DNA from: Squalus acanthias
Taxonomy: Eukaryota
Direction: 5' to 3'
Assembly (NCBI GenBank): GCA_030390025.1
Contig: CM059432.1
Span: forward strand, 105,836,001-105,900,000
Length of the DNA stretch: 64,000 bases
The number at the start of each line of letters is the position of its first letter. Position 1 is the stretch's first letter. The translations under genes and the position numbers were made by a program. This document shows positions 1 to 12,459 of this stretch, piece after piece. The notes below the pieces were generated by a model that saw nothing but the letters and a program-made list of their open reading frames with translations, ran no database searches and had not been told where the DNA came from.

Positions 1-653
1 TTCACATCCTCTTCACAACTGACACTGCCACCTAGCTTTGTATCATCAGCAAATTTGGAAATGTTACATTTAGTCCCCTCATCCAAATCATTGATATAGA
101 TTGTGAATAGCTGGGGCCCAAGCACCGATCCTTGCGGTACCCCACTAGTCACAGCCCGCCATCCTGAAAAAACCCGTTTATTCCTACTCTTTGTTTTCTG
201 TCTGTTAACCAATTCTCAATCTATGCTAGTATATTACCCCCAATTCCATGTGCCCTAATTTTGTTCACCAACCTCTTGTGTGGGACCTTATCGAAGGCCT
301 TCTGAAAATCCAGATACACCACATCTAACGGTTCCCCTTTGTCTACTCCACTAGTTACATCCTCAAAGAACTCCAATAGGTTTGTCAAACAGTACTTCCC
401 TTTCATAAATCCATGTTGACTCTGCCCAATCTTACTATTAGTTTCTAAGTGCCCAGTTATTGCATCCTTTATAATAGATTCCAGCATTTTCCCAACTACT
501 GATGTGAGGCTAACAGGTCTGTAGTTCCCCGTTTTCTCTCTCCCTCCTTTCTTAAATAGCGGGGTTACATTTGCTATCCTCCAATCTGCAGGAACCGTTC
601 CAGAATCTATAGTATTTTGGAAGATGACAATCAATGCGTCCACTATCCCAATG

Positions 654-1527
654 GACACAAAGCTAGGTGGCAGTGTCAGTTGTGAAGAGGATGTGAAGAG
701 GCTTCAAGGGGATCTCGACAGGCTCAGTGAGTAGGCGAGAACATGGCAGATGGAATATAATGTGGATAAATGTGAAGTTATCCACTTTGGTAGAAAAAAC
801 AGAAAGGCAGAGTATTTCCTAAATGGTGAAAGATTGGGGAATGCAGATGCTCAAAGGGCCCTGGGTGTCCTTGTACATGAGTCACTGAAAGTGAATGTGC
901 AGGTGCAGCAAGCCATTAGGAAGGCAAATAGTATGCTGGCCTTCATTACAAGAGGATTTGAGTACAGGAGTAAAGAAGTCTTACTCCAATTATATAGGGC
1001 CTTGGTGAGACCACACCTGGAGTACGGTGTACAATTTTATCTCCTTACCTAAGGAAGGATATAGTTGCCATAGAGGGAGTGCAACAAAGGTTCACGAGAT
1101 TGATTCCTGGGATGGCGGGACTGTCGTATGAGAAGAAATTGAGTAAACTAGGCCTGTATTCTCTTGAATTCAGAAGAATGAGAGGGGATCTCATTGAAGC
1201 ATACAAAATTATTACAGGGCTTGATAGGGTGGAAGCTGGGAGAATGTTTTCCTTGGCTGGGGAGTCTAGAACCAGGGACTACAGCCTCAGGATAAAGAGT
1301 AGGCCATTCAGGACTGAAATGAGAAGAAATATCTTCACACAGAGGTTGGTGAATCTTTGGAATTCTCTACCCCAGAGGGCTGTGGAGGCTCAGTCATTGG
1401 GTATATTCAAAACAGAAGTTGACAGATTTCTGACTAGTAAAGGCATCAAGGGATATGGCGATAGGGCCGTTGAATGGCGGAGCAGGCTCGAAGGGCCTAC
1501 TCCTGCTCCTATCTCTTATGTTCTTAT
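654..1527 (+). mobile_element. 5'-truncated CR1 LINE (RT C-terminus plus 3' tail) inserted antisense in a CR1
   Basis: ORFs 750-1052 and 1079-1549 (LYRALVRPHLEY, RRMRGDLIE, NLWNSLP); (tcttatgt)n-type tail; gacac repeated at 654-658 and 1528-1532. Confidence 0.9.
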
Positions 1528-1721
1528 GACACCTCTTTCAAGACCCTAGGATGTAGGTCATCTGGTCCTTGGGATTTATCGACTTTTAGTCTCATTAATT
1601 TTGCTAGTATTGTTTTTTTACTAATAATAATTTCTTTAAGTTCCTCATTCTCGCCACACCCTTGGTTTTCTCGTATTTCTGGGAGGTTTTTTGTGTCTTC
1701 CTCTGTGAAGACAGAAACAAA

Positions 1722-2372
1722 GGGCTGGATTTTCATTGACCCGTGGAGGCGGGTTTGGAGGCGTGTGGGGGGTTAAAATTGCAAAAACTGGCGGGTGGGC
1801 ACAAGCCCGCCTCCATCCCGCCTCCACGCAATTTTCATTAAATCGTGTCTGCTGGTCCCGACTCCGTCCCGCCTCTAAGGGGCGGGATAGGCTGTTAAGG
1901 CCCTTAACAAGCACTAAATTGCCTCTATAATGCCATTTTGAAAGGCCTTTATGATTTTAACCCTGTTCTGAACCACGAATGTGAAACCTGGCGGGAGCAC
2001 CTTTGGATGGCTGGCTGGATGGATGACATATCTGGGAGTGGTGGTGGATGGGAGACATATCTGGGAGTGGTGGTGCAAAAATATCTGGGAGCAGACTTAG
2101 GGCTGCTGCTGCTGCTCATTTTGCATCCAGGTCCTCTCACAGCAAAGGCCAGGCAGTCTTTGCAGACCTTCAATGCAGCAGCAATGATGACATCATCAGA
2201 GGCGACTTTCAGACTGAAAACACTAATTGGTTCATGGGTTCCCACATGCTGGAACTCAATTGCCCAATTAGGTGAAAATCGCATCAATCTCCCACATCCA
2301 ATTGCAGTCGGGTGGATAACACGAAAAGTGGATGACACGACCCCAACCCGCCCCAGTATCAAAATCCAGCCC
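1722..2372. mobile_element. Non-autonomous PIF/Harbinger-type MITE
   Basis: Terminal inverted repeats gggctggatttt / aaaatccagccc; it interrupts otherwise colinear CR1 sequence. Confidence 0.75.
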
Positions 2373-2783
2373 TATGTATCTATTTAATTTCTCTGCCATT
2401 TCCTCATTCCCCATTATAAATTCTCCCGTCTCTGACTGTAAAGGACCTACATTTACCTTCGCCAGTCTTTTCCTTTTCATATACCTATAGAAGCTTTTAC
2501 AATCCGTTTTTATATTTTTCGCTAGTTTGTGCTCATATTCCATTTTCCCTTTCTTTATCAATTTCTTGGTTCCCCTTTGCTGATTTCTAAAAAGATTCCA
2601 ATCCTCAGGCTGACTGCTTTTTCTGGCAACTTTATAAGCTTCCTCCTTTGACTTAATACTAGCTTTAATCCTACCCGCTGGACGGAAACCAGGAGGGTAG
2701 GCAGTTCAAATAGACCAGGTGACTTACCCATTGATGTCCTAAAACTGGATCCGCCGTCTTCAATTTAACCTGCTCTTCTGAGA

Positions 2784-3606
2784 TAGGGTGGCCATATTTT
2801 CTAAACTGAATCCAGGGACACACAGGATGGGAGCCACAGCAAAGTAGCCAGGACAGAAAATGTAGGTTACGCAGCATAGCACGGCAAAAAAATTTAGCAG
2901 CTTATATTGTAACAGTTGCACATACATCGCAAATGCAAAACAAATGTGCATATAATTACTGCGCATATGCTGTCACACTATTGAAGCACATTCAAACTCC
3001 TGACCACTCCTCCCCCACCCAGTGACTGCGACCACACCTGACCCATTTCCCCCCCCCCCTTGACTGAGGTCACACCTGCCCCTCCCCCAGTGACTGAGGT
3101 CACACCTGCCCCTCCCCCAGTGACTGAGGCCACACCTGACCCGCTCTCTTCCCCCCCCCCCCAGTGACTGAGGTCACACCTGCTTCCCGCCCCCAGTGAC
3201 TGAGGTCACACCTGAACCGCACCGCCCCCCCACCCCCCCCCAGAGTCTAGGATTAGCCCGCCCTGCCTTCCCCCGGTGACTGTGACCAGGCCCTCCCCAG
3301 AGGCCTCTCCCTCACCTGTTCCAGTTGATGTGCTCCCAGCACGAGCCTGGCCCCTGGCCGGAAGCTCAAACAACGACCGGCACATGCGCAGAAAGACTTC
3401 CCAGTCGCGCATGCGCAGTGGGTCACTCTGGCCATTGTACAAGTTGCTGTTTAGTTTAGCCTTAGAGTTACAAACTGACAACTCACAGGTACACTTCGGG
3501 GACGAGTTTTGTGAACCGGGGACTTTTCCGGGGACATTGTTTGCCCGAGGACACAGAACCTCATCCGGGGACTGTCCCCAGAAAACAGGGACCAATGGTC
3601 ACCCTA
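2784..3606. mobile_element. Non-autonomous hAT (Tip100-like) element with internal minisatellite
   Basis: TIRs tagggtggccat / atggtcacccta; perfect 8-bp TSD ttctgaga (2776-2783, 3607-3614); tandem ccccagtgactgaggtcacacctg units at about 3015-3215. Confidence 0.85.
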
Positions 3607-4354
3607 TTCTGAGAGGCAGCAAAGACCTGAAGCCAGTAGCGGCCCTCTTTAAAGATCGGTCCAGACTACAATTTTAACTCTGCTCTGATCAGGGATGCAG
3701 CTGCGGCTTTCCCACCAGGTAAAGTCACGTGAGCAGAGGATCGGAAGCAGAAGAGGCCGTTCAAATAAGTGTCTTTGTTTCCTTTGTGGGGCCAGGAGGT
3801 GCAAGGCCCCACAAGGAAAGCTTAACCATCCTCTTCCCGGACTCCCCGCCCTGCCCTCCGTACCGCGAGACCCCCTCCCCCCGGAACCCCAGTTTCCATA
3901 AATCTGAGTCTTGGCGGCCAGCCAAGAGTGGCCTGAATTTCTGCAGGCTGGCAGCTGTTTCCTGCACACTTCCCATCCGGAGTAGGCAGGATCTCGAGCG
4001 GCAGCATGTTAATGAGGCCCAGAGATTAAAATCGCCAGAATCTCATGCTATCAAGGGTGGGAATCTAAGAGAAACCAACGGTTTCCCACCGGAAACCTGC
4101 AGGCAGTTAAAATCCCACCAAACGCTGACACTAACAAAACCCTGTGCCTCCAGAAGCAAATGACAATGGTTTTGCTCCATTATACAAACCCAAGAAAACA
4201 GTAATTGTTCTGACACTAATTTGTGTCAATTAATTGTTAGACTGAATTTGAAGGACCTGACCTTGTTGAACTTATCCTTATATTTGTGCGGTCACCACAC
4301 TACTGCAGATCAGCAGCATTACATACAAAGATCAATTTTCTAAAAGCACGCCAT

Positions 4355-4568
4355 CATAGGAACTTTAGGAACAGGAGTAGACCATTCAGCACCTTGAGCC
4401 TGCACCATTGAATTAGATCATCGCTGATCTATACCCTAACTCCATTTACCCGCCTTTGCTCTATATCCATTGATGCCCTTGCCTAATAAAAATCTATCGA
4501 TCTTAGTCTTGAAAGCTGCAATTGTCCCAACATCCACAGCCTTTTGGGGAAGAGAGTACCAGATTTCT
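4355..4568 (-). mobile_element. CR1 3' end fragment
   Basis: ggaacaggagtagaccattcagc...gatcatcgctgatct matches the CR1 3' UTR seen elsewhere in the window. Confidence 0.7.
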
Positions 4569-4569
4569 A

Positions 4570-4983
4570 CTCGATTTTAAAATTCTCATCCTTGTTTTCA
4601 AATCCCTCCATGGCCTCAGCCCTCCCTATTTCTATAATCTCCTCCCGCCCCACAACCCCCCCCCCCCCCCCCCCCCCGAGATATCTGTGCTCCTCTAATT
4701 CTGGCCTCTTGAGCAACCCTAGTTTTAATCGCTCACCATTGGTGGCTATGCCTTCAGCTTCCAAGGCCCTAAGGTTTGGTATTCCTGCCCTAAACCTCTC
4801 CACTTCTCTTTACTCCTTTAAGACATTCCTTAAAACCTATCTCTTTCATCTGCCCTAATATCTCCTTATGTGGCTTGGAGTCAAATTTTGTATGATAATC
4901 GCTCCTGTGAAGCGCCTTGGGGCATTTTACTACATTAAAAGGCGCTATATAAATACAAGTAGTTGTTGTTGTTGTTGTTGTTG
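4570..4983 (+). mobile_element. L2-clade LINE 3' end
   Basis: Matches 29875-30245; ends tataaatacaag(ttg)n. Confidence 0.8.
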
Positions 4984-5122
4984 AAGAAGGTACACTTGAA
5001 GGCTGGGGTGCAAAAGACACCATGGTACCTCATGGGCAGTCTAACACAATGTGAGAAAGAGGTCATTGAAAGGAGCTGGCATGCTTTGTACATTCTTTGA
5101 AGCATAGCTGACTCCTCTTACC

Positions 5123-5316
5123 TTGCCTGATCTGATAAGGTCGTTATACTTTTTTCCAGCATTGTGTGGCTATGCATAGGATGGTTGAATTGACACTCAC
5201 TGCCCTAGACACCTTTTTCCATTGGCCTTGATTCACTCTCCTTGGGCTTTTCTTACTGTCGATTCTAAAGAGGGTCTCCATTCTCAGTTTGATTTCCTGC
5301 ACATTGTCATCAGAAT
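5123..5316 (-). pseudogene. Harbinger-type Myb/SANT (trihelix) exon remnant
   Basis: Translates VQEIKLRMETLF...QWKKVSRAVSVNS...TQCWK/KYNDLIRSGK with one frameshift; flanked by a ttttgcag acceptor and a gtaag donor. Confidence 0.65.
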
Positions 5317-6119
5317 CTGCAAAACAGGGGCTCTAAGGGCTGTAACAAACCTCAACAACATTTGGCATTCTTGCAGACAAAATTATGCAAATGAAAGTTA
5401 ACCCATTAAGCTGCTACAACCCTTTAAATCCTGCAACATCAAGCTATAGTCCACCATCCCCTGTCCCCCTTTACTGTCGCCCTCCACCACCCCAGCCCGC
5501 TTCCCCACTGCCTCCAGTGAGTGAGCTCCTAAGCAGTGGCCTTCCCAATGCTAGGAGCTCATCCTAATTATTGACTAAGCCTGACCATAGAAAATACAGG
5601 GTCAGTGTTTGCAACATTAGTTGGGCTCTATTCCTGCTCTACCACACTTCAGACGGGAATTGCGCCCGGTTAAAAAATGTAGGCCTAGATATTCGGGTGG
5701 TTTGCGCCACCCGTTAGCGCGGCGTAATCTCAAGAAGGTGGCAGCCACCACTCCTCCGCCTGCTGGTGGCGGGTCCCGCAGCATTGTCCATTTTCAAAGT
5801 CCCAGTAGCACTGCCATTATGAGGTATCGCCCTGCAAAGAAAAGTGGCACCACGGCAAGCTTCGACCCTAGCGCGGAGTTCAGCGCTAGCACGCCAGGTA
5901 AACCCAGCATGCAAGCAGACTCAGAGGCATTGTCAGCACCTCTTAAAGGGACACACACATCTTTCAGGTAAGTTTGCATTTAAGCTTTTGGACTGGGATT
6001 TTTTGATTTTACTGAAGTAGTGGCTTGCTGCAATAGATATTAAAGGTTTTTTTTAAGTGTACAGGGAGTGCTGCTGGACACTTGCAAGGCCTCAGATGGT
6101 AAAGGAAGGCCTCTGAGAA

Positions 6120-6262
6120 GACAAAAAATGCTGCAAATACTCAGCAGGTCAGGCAACATCCATGGAGAGAGAAACAGAGTTCATGTCTCAGGTCGAGATG
6201 CTGCCTGACCTGCTGAATATTTCCAGCACTGTATGCTGTCATTTCAGATTTATAGCATCCAC
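6120..6262. repeat. Degenerate Penelope pseudo-LTR fragment (head-to-head)
   Basis: Similar to 30255-30365 and followed by its partial reverse complement. Confidence 0.55.
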
Positions 6263-7029
6263 TTGCAGAGGGAAGAGGAAGACACAGAACAGGAAGAAGC
6301 AGAAGAGGAGGAAGCAGAAGGAAGTATGTAACCCAGACAGCCCCTTTCTGGCCAGGATATCCGGGTTGGAATCATCCGCCTGCGGTCCCAGTGACCACAA
6401 CTTCAATTCCCCTTTCAATGTTTGTCCCACACTTTACCTTCCCTCTGTTACTGACCATCACAGTGTCCTCTTGGCCACGATGCTGGAATAAAAGCCATCA
6501 CAAAGCAAACTTTCCTATCCAACCAATATGACATCAAGAAATCAACTCATCACCCTTCTGCATTCTCTTAGTGACTCTCTTGTGCGCCTTTGCCGATCTA
6601 CTCATATCACGCAGTGCTACACCAGTGGCTGCAGCATGGCTGGTGGAAGGCTGCTGACTCTCAGTGGGGACACTGCAAATGGCCTTGCTGGTCAACCTTG
6701 AGGAGCTGATGGCTGGGAGTGTGAAATCTAGTGACAATGTTTCTTCTTCTTCTTCACTCTCCTCTCCCTCTTCTTGGCCAACCATTGGCTGGACAGGCTG
6801 TTTTTCTTGGGTGTGTGAAATGAGGACGACACAAGGGTGTAATTGTGGTGAGGGGAGGGCAGGAAAGCAAAAGGTGCATGCGAGAAGGAGGATAATGTAT
6901 GAGGATACCAACAGCTTCTATCCTTTCAGCCCCACCGCTGGCCAAGGGCTCAGCCATGCCGCTGGCAAGAATGGCCTGCACCATCTCCTCCAAGGGGGTG
7001 AGTTGAGGTTAGGAATGGGAAATGTGCCT

Positions 7030-8320
7030 CATGATTTCCCGACCTCATTACAGCCTTGGTCCAAACATAGACAAAGGAGCTGAATTCCAGCGGTGAGGTG
7101 AGAGCGACTGCCCTTGACATCAAGGCAGCATTTGACAGAGTGTGGCATCAAGGAGCCCTAGTAAAACTGAAGTCAATGGGAATCAGGGGGAAAACGCTCC
7201 ACTGGCTGGAGTCATACCTAGCTCAAAGGAAGATGGTTGTGGTGGTTGAAGGTCAATCATCACAGCCCCAGGACATCACTGCAGGAGTTCCTCAGGGCAG
7301 TGTCCTAGGCCCAACCAACTTCAGCTGCTTCATCAATGACCTTCCCTCCAACAAGGTCAGAAATGGGGATGTTCGCTGATGACTGCAGTGTTCAGTGCCA
7401 TTCACAACTCCTCAGATAATAAAGCAGTCCATGCCCGTATGCAACAAGACCTGGACGACGTTCAGGCTTGGGCTGATAAGTGGCAGGTAATATTCACGCT
7501 ACAGAAGTGCCAGGCAATGACTATCTCCAACAAGCGAGAGTCTAACCACCTCCCCTTGACATTCATAGAATCATAGAAAGTTACAGCACGGAAGGAGGCC
7601 ATTTCGGCCCATCGCAATGGCATTACCATCGCCGAATCCCCACCATCAACATCCTGGGGGTCACCATTGACCAGAAACTTAACTGGGCCAGCCACATAAA
7701 TACTGTGGCAACAAGAGCAGGTCAGAGGCTAGGTATTCTGCGGCGAGTGTCTCCCCTCCTGACTCCCCAAAGCCTTTCTACCATCTACAAGGCACAAGTA
7801 AGGAGTGTGATGGAATACTCTCCACTTGCCTGGATGAGTGCAGCTCCAACAACACTCAAGAAGCTCGACACCATCCAGGACAAAGCAGCCCACTTGATTG
7901 GCACCCCATCCACCACCTTAAACATTCACTCCCTCCACCACCGGCGTACCATGGCTGCAGTGTGTACCATCTACAAGATGCACTGCAGCAACTCGCCAAG
8001 GCTTCTTCGGCAGCACCTCCCAAACCCATGACCTCTTCCACCTAGACATACAAGGGCAGCAGGTGCATGGGAACACCACCACCTCCAAGTTCCCCTCCAA
8101 GTCACACACCATCCTGACTTAGAAGTATATCGTCGATCCTTCATCGTCGCTGGGTCAAAATCCTGGAACTCCCTACTCAACAGCACTGTTGAAGTACGGT
8201 CACCACACGGACTGCAGCGGTTCAAGAAGGCAGCTCACCACCACCTTCTCGAGGGCAATTAGAGATGGGCAATAAATGCTGGCCTTGCCAGCGACGCCCA
8301 CATCCCATAAACGAATTTAA
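7030..8320 (+). mobile_element. 5'-truncated non-LTR retrotransposon (RT; clade not assigned), with a short CR1-type tail insert at about 7565-7614
   Basis: ORFs 7098-7379 ([22 protein letters not shown]) and 7705-8031 (IYKAQVRSVMEY); aataaa near the 3' end; same family as 19405-27235. Confidence 0.85.
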
Positions 8321-8442
8321 AAATAGATTGGTACAGATTGTTGGTAGGTGAGTGATTGGGGTGGGAAATCATGCATTGAGCAGTGTGTGAGGCTAGTGAT
8401 TCAGTTGGTAGGAGATGGCTTTTGAAGATGCATTCACTGACT

Positions 8443-8662
8443 TTTACCAGTGGTCTGAGGTCATAAATCTTCTTTGGGCACTGGAGCCAGGTGGTTGGGG
8501 CGACACTGCTGGCCTCAGTGATGTGATCCCACATCGTTCTTTCTGGAGGGCCTCCTGGGCCCTGTGGATAGAGGACATCTCTTGCAGTGTTGACCCCCTG
8601 CACAAAGCTGGAGTGCTGCATGCGAGACCCTGGGTGCCCCTTCCCGGGCTTGTTGAGCCATG
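8443..8662 (-). pseudogene. Harbinger Myb/SANT gene first exon remnant
   Basis: ORF 8259-8621 contains RDVLYP...MWDHITEASSVAPTTWLQCPKKIYDL, followed by a gtcagt donor. Confidence 0.7.
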
Positions 8663-11600
8663 TGTGTTAGTGCTGAAGCACTTTTCCCATTTTTTGAGGT
8701 TCGGAAGGTAATTCAGCTTTAAGTGCTGAACACACCCATTTGGGAATTTTTTTTTAATGTTCATTTTTTTTTTTTAAAGGCACTAAGGGCTGAAAACTGC
8801 ATTTTTTCACTGCATTTTAATTTTTATTAGTTCTGAACGCATTGCCCCTTTAATTCATAGCCCTTTAAGTTGTCCACAATTCCTTGCAAACTCCACAGCC
8901 TCGCTCCAGAGGCTGTTAGAAGCTGGAACGCTGACTGTGGATGGGACCTTCAACTTCCAGGCCTGCACGAACACCACCAGGAGGGTATTTAGCGCCAGGA
9001 TAAAAATCTTTAGCTCCCAGTGCGAATTTTTCTCGGGTATTGCTGCGTCCATTTTCAGCAGCCGTTAACCCGAGTTGCCGGTGACACCAACAACTCTTGT
9101 GGAGGCCACGAATTTCTAGGCCGTAGACTTTTATTTCAGAGACTGCTCTGAGGAAGGTTGTCTGCTATTAAATTCAAGCTAAGTTTGATGCGGTCTGACC
9201 CGTTAAAAGGCCACAAAATCTAACTGGAATCTGATCTTCTATTGGCTGGTTAAGTACTGTAAATAGGCGCATGCGGAAGTCAATTAGAGACTATTTCTTC
9301 TCTCCAGTGAAACTTGATAAAAATAACCTTGAGGCAGCAATCCTACTCATCTTCCGACTGAGCAGAAGGGAATGGTTCATTGGCTTCCTGGTATTCTAGA
9401 TTGGCAGCAGTTCATAAACACCCAGCTTCTTCCATTGGTGACAAGCCAGGTTATCAACGTCAGTAGAAACCAGCAACAAATGACTGGTTTCCTTTCTCTT
9501 TTATTCGTATATTTTTTATTTCAGATGCTACTTGTTCATTGGTAGGTTCCTCACCTAGTCAATTGTGAATTTTTGATGCTTTGCGTATCGGATATTTGAG
9601 CCAAGCGTGACATACACTTTGCATATATGACATTTTTAAGTGAGACAAATATAGGAGCAAAAAGCTGCCAAGTGACTTTACACTTTACTTTGAGGAATTG
9701 CCTTTTTATCTCCACATGATTTAATTTAATTTTTAACTTAATGGGCTCTTTTTCCTAAAGAAATTTCAGGCACAAACCATGGCTTTATAAAGAAAACAAT
9801 AATTTATTAATACATTAGAAGAGTGACATTAGAATCTAAACAATATCTTCAGTTTATGCATGAATTAGAATTGCCTCAACAATACAACATGTTCTGAATT
9901 TCCAAAATGCGTAACCTTTTAGAAATTAAATGTCTATCTTAGACTAACCTCATAACGAAAGTTATATACTCATGGTTGGCTCAAGCTTGTCGGAAAGATT
10001 CCATGTATTTGGATGGACACAGTTGTAGTGTAGCATGGCTTTCTTTTGTAACCAGGTCATCCGCTTCACAGGCAATCTGTAAGCCTACATCGAGGCATGA
10101 AGCTGTGAGGTAGCGAGCAGTCAGGAAGATACCAGGTGGGAGGGCGTTGCCAGGAAGCGAAAGGTGAGGTTGAAGCAGTTGCAGTGTCTCTTCTACTCTC
10201 TATTCTGCCTAACTTTAAAAGCCCTTTTTAACCTAGAACCACACCTCTGGAGCGGTGGCTTGCCAACAATAGTTTCCAACAAATACAACCCACGATTGAT
10301 TGACACTTCACTTGTTTTCTCTCAGTGTCCACAACCTAAGGTATGCAGGTGTTCAAAATGTCCTCCAGCCACCCTGGACTAGTTCTTGTTGCTATAGTGT
10401 TTTAAGAGTCCTTTTCCTTCAGACGTGCTGGAGCCAATCTAGTATCAGGCTTTTGTTTATGATATGAATTTTCACTACACCAGTGTGTAATAATTTCCCA
10501 CTTTTGGCATCTAGTGTCAACAAAGTATATAGCCAGATGGAGAGTAAAGCTCCCCCTAATTTCCCCCAACAATAGGTTAGATTTACCATTTGCCATTATT
10601 TTCGTGCCAGCGCGAACCCATTTATTTTAAACAGGTTAATCCTCTACTAAAATGGCACCGATTGGAAAATCTAGGTAAATATATCTTAACCTCAACCTCA
10701 GAAGCGAACACCTTCTGTCCCACTGTGACGCTTTCCATTTCTCACCCCAACCATACTTATATCCTGGCACCTAATAGGACCGGAGACTACCAAAGCTCAT
10801 TCTTATAGCCAATAGAAATGGAAGGTCCTTTATGGTCTTTATTCCATCATTCGGGCTGGATTCTAACCTAAGTCCCTCAGAAGATAAAACTACGCAGCAC
10901 CAAGCCATTTATTTACCTGAATCATACTAATCACTTAAAAATCAATAATACAAATGTTTTTTTTATTTTCTTCCTTCTTTCTCTTAGCTCAAAATATAGC
11001 ACCAAGGCATAATGCACATTTAAAAGTTACATCATTCAAATTCCAAGTTAATAGGGGTGATTTTATGTTAATCTGAACCACAGGGGAGCTGACCTTATGC
11101 TTTGGATCTCTGCACTGTGGGTCACAGCTAGCTGTGAGAAGAGGAAGTACGTAAGCTGCACAGATACTCCAAATGAACAGCTGGCACCTCTCTGGCCTTT
11201 CACACTAATAAATATTATTCCTCCTTGACAGAAATTGCCTCTCACTTCCGAAAGAGAATTCTCAGTTGTGGGCTATAACTCTGGAGAGATACTGTGATAG
11301 ACAGAATTGAGACTAGAAGTTGAATATTTGTTTACCAAGGCTGGTTTGAAGGAGGACATATTTGACATGACAAATTGCAGCAGTAAACAGCTTGGAAGCT
11401 CAATCTCTGCACAACCTTTCAACAATTTTCCTTCATGTAAAATGTATGGAAGTTTCCTTGACATAATGTTCAAACAGAATTGTAAGCAGATGACGACAGA
11501 TATGTAACAGCTGAAACCTTGATGGTTCTTTTTCTCTTTTCTCATAATTTTTCTGTCCTTCCCTCTTTTGACTCCTTACCTGGGATACAGTTCCACAGAT

Positions 11601-12019
11601 CCTGGGTGTCCTTTGGTACATCGCCCAAGTGAGCCATTCTTTATGAGTGAATGTCAGCAGGCTATTTGTCTGCAGGGACGGCACAGCTGAGTCCAATCCT
11701 GTACTCCCATACACTTATGCTTCCAGTGGGGCTCCCTGGATAGCAATTAGGGGCAGGAACCCGGGCCAATTTGCTAATTTTACCTCTCTAACACAGGGAC
11801 ACTGAGGCAAATTGTAATGCCCCTACCACCACCCATGCTGAGATAAACATGTTATAGTCAGTGCTGAAGGATGCACTGTTGTGCTGCCCTGTATATCTGG
11901 CTATAATAACCCTGTGCATTAAAATGCATGAAAAGCTTTTCTGAGTGCAAGTAATTGAAAAAGAAAATACTAGAATTGATTTTGGTGCTTTTCAATTAGG
12001 GATATAATTAAAATAAAGG

Positions 12020-12360
12020 TAGATGGAGCTAGGGTAGCGTAGGGGATTAGCACATTCTCCTTTCAACCTGGTGATCTGTCTTTGAATCCCACCTAGGCTG
12101 AAAGGATAAAAGTTTCTCCTCTACTTACTGTGCGGCTTATAGATTAAGTCTGTTTGGGACGCTCAACTCAGTCCCCAATGGGTGAATTTCACCACAAAAC
12201 TTGTAGTTGCTGTTAAGTTGCTGGTCTCACTCTGAGAGGCAGTAACCATGGCTGCAATGAAAATGGAAAATCACACTGATGTAATAAGAGATGCTGTTTA
12301 TGATTAAGGACAACACAATGAATAATGCAAAGGGGCCTTTACTTGCATCTAACTCACACT
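12020..12360 (+). mobile_element. Old LF-SINE-like element
   Basis: cctttcaacctggtgatctgtctttgaatcccacctaggctga... resembles the LF-SINE 5' region as I recall it, and resembles 32295-32630. Confidence 0.4.
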
Positions 12361-12459
12361 ATTTCTGATTGTGAATGCTTAGCACTGACATTCTCCTGCA
12401 CTGATATTCCTCACCCGGATGGGCACAAAAAGTCACAAAAATCAAATAGAATTTGATAC

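Larger units (their letters stand above)
1..2670 (-). mobile_element. CR1 LINE ORF2 (RT) fragment, interrupted by a second CR1 (654-1527) and a Harbinger-type MITE (1722-2372)
   Basis: Minus-strand ORFs 221-658, 1524-1736 and 2268-2561 carry CR1 motifs (WRIANVTPLFKKG, NYRPVSLTS, YLDFQKAFDKVPH). The host sequence reads through once the inserts are removed. Confidence 0.9.
5682..9122. mobile_element. Internally deleted PIF/Harbinger transposon with nested inserts
   Basis: TIRs ggcctagatattcg / cgaatttctaggcc; 3-bp TSD gta (5679-5681, 9123-9125); minus-strand Myb/SANT exon at about 8443-8662 (MAQQAREGAPR...WLQCPKKIYDL). Confidence 0.85.

Noticed and set aside
1..1527. Twin-priming 5' inversion of one LINE
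   Set aside because: The minus-strand host resumes at 1528 after a duplicated gacac, and the arms overlap in sequence, so these are two elements.
3015..3215. Repeat array superficially like a CRISPR
   Set aside because: The spacers are low-complexity C-runs, the context is a eukaryotic MITE, and there are no cas genes.
11060..11545. Exon-like unique sequence with short ORFs on both strands
   Set aside because: All three frames stop soon after the candidate + acceptor, and the peptides are unrecognisable.
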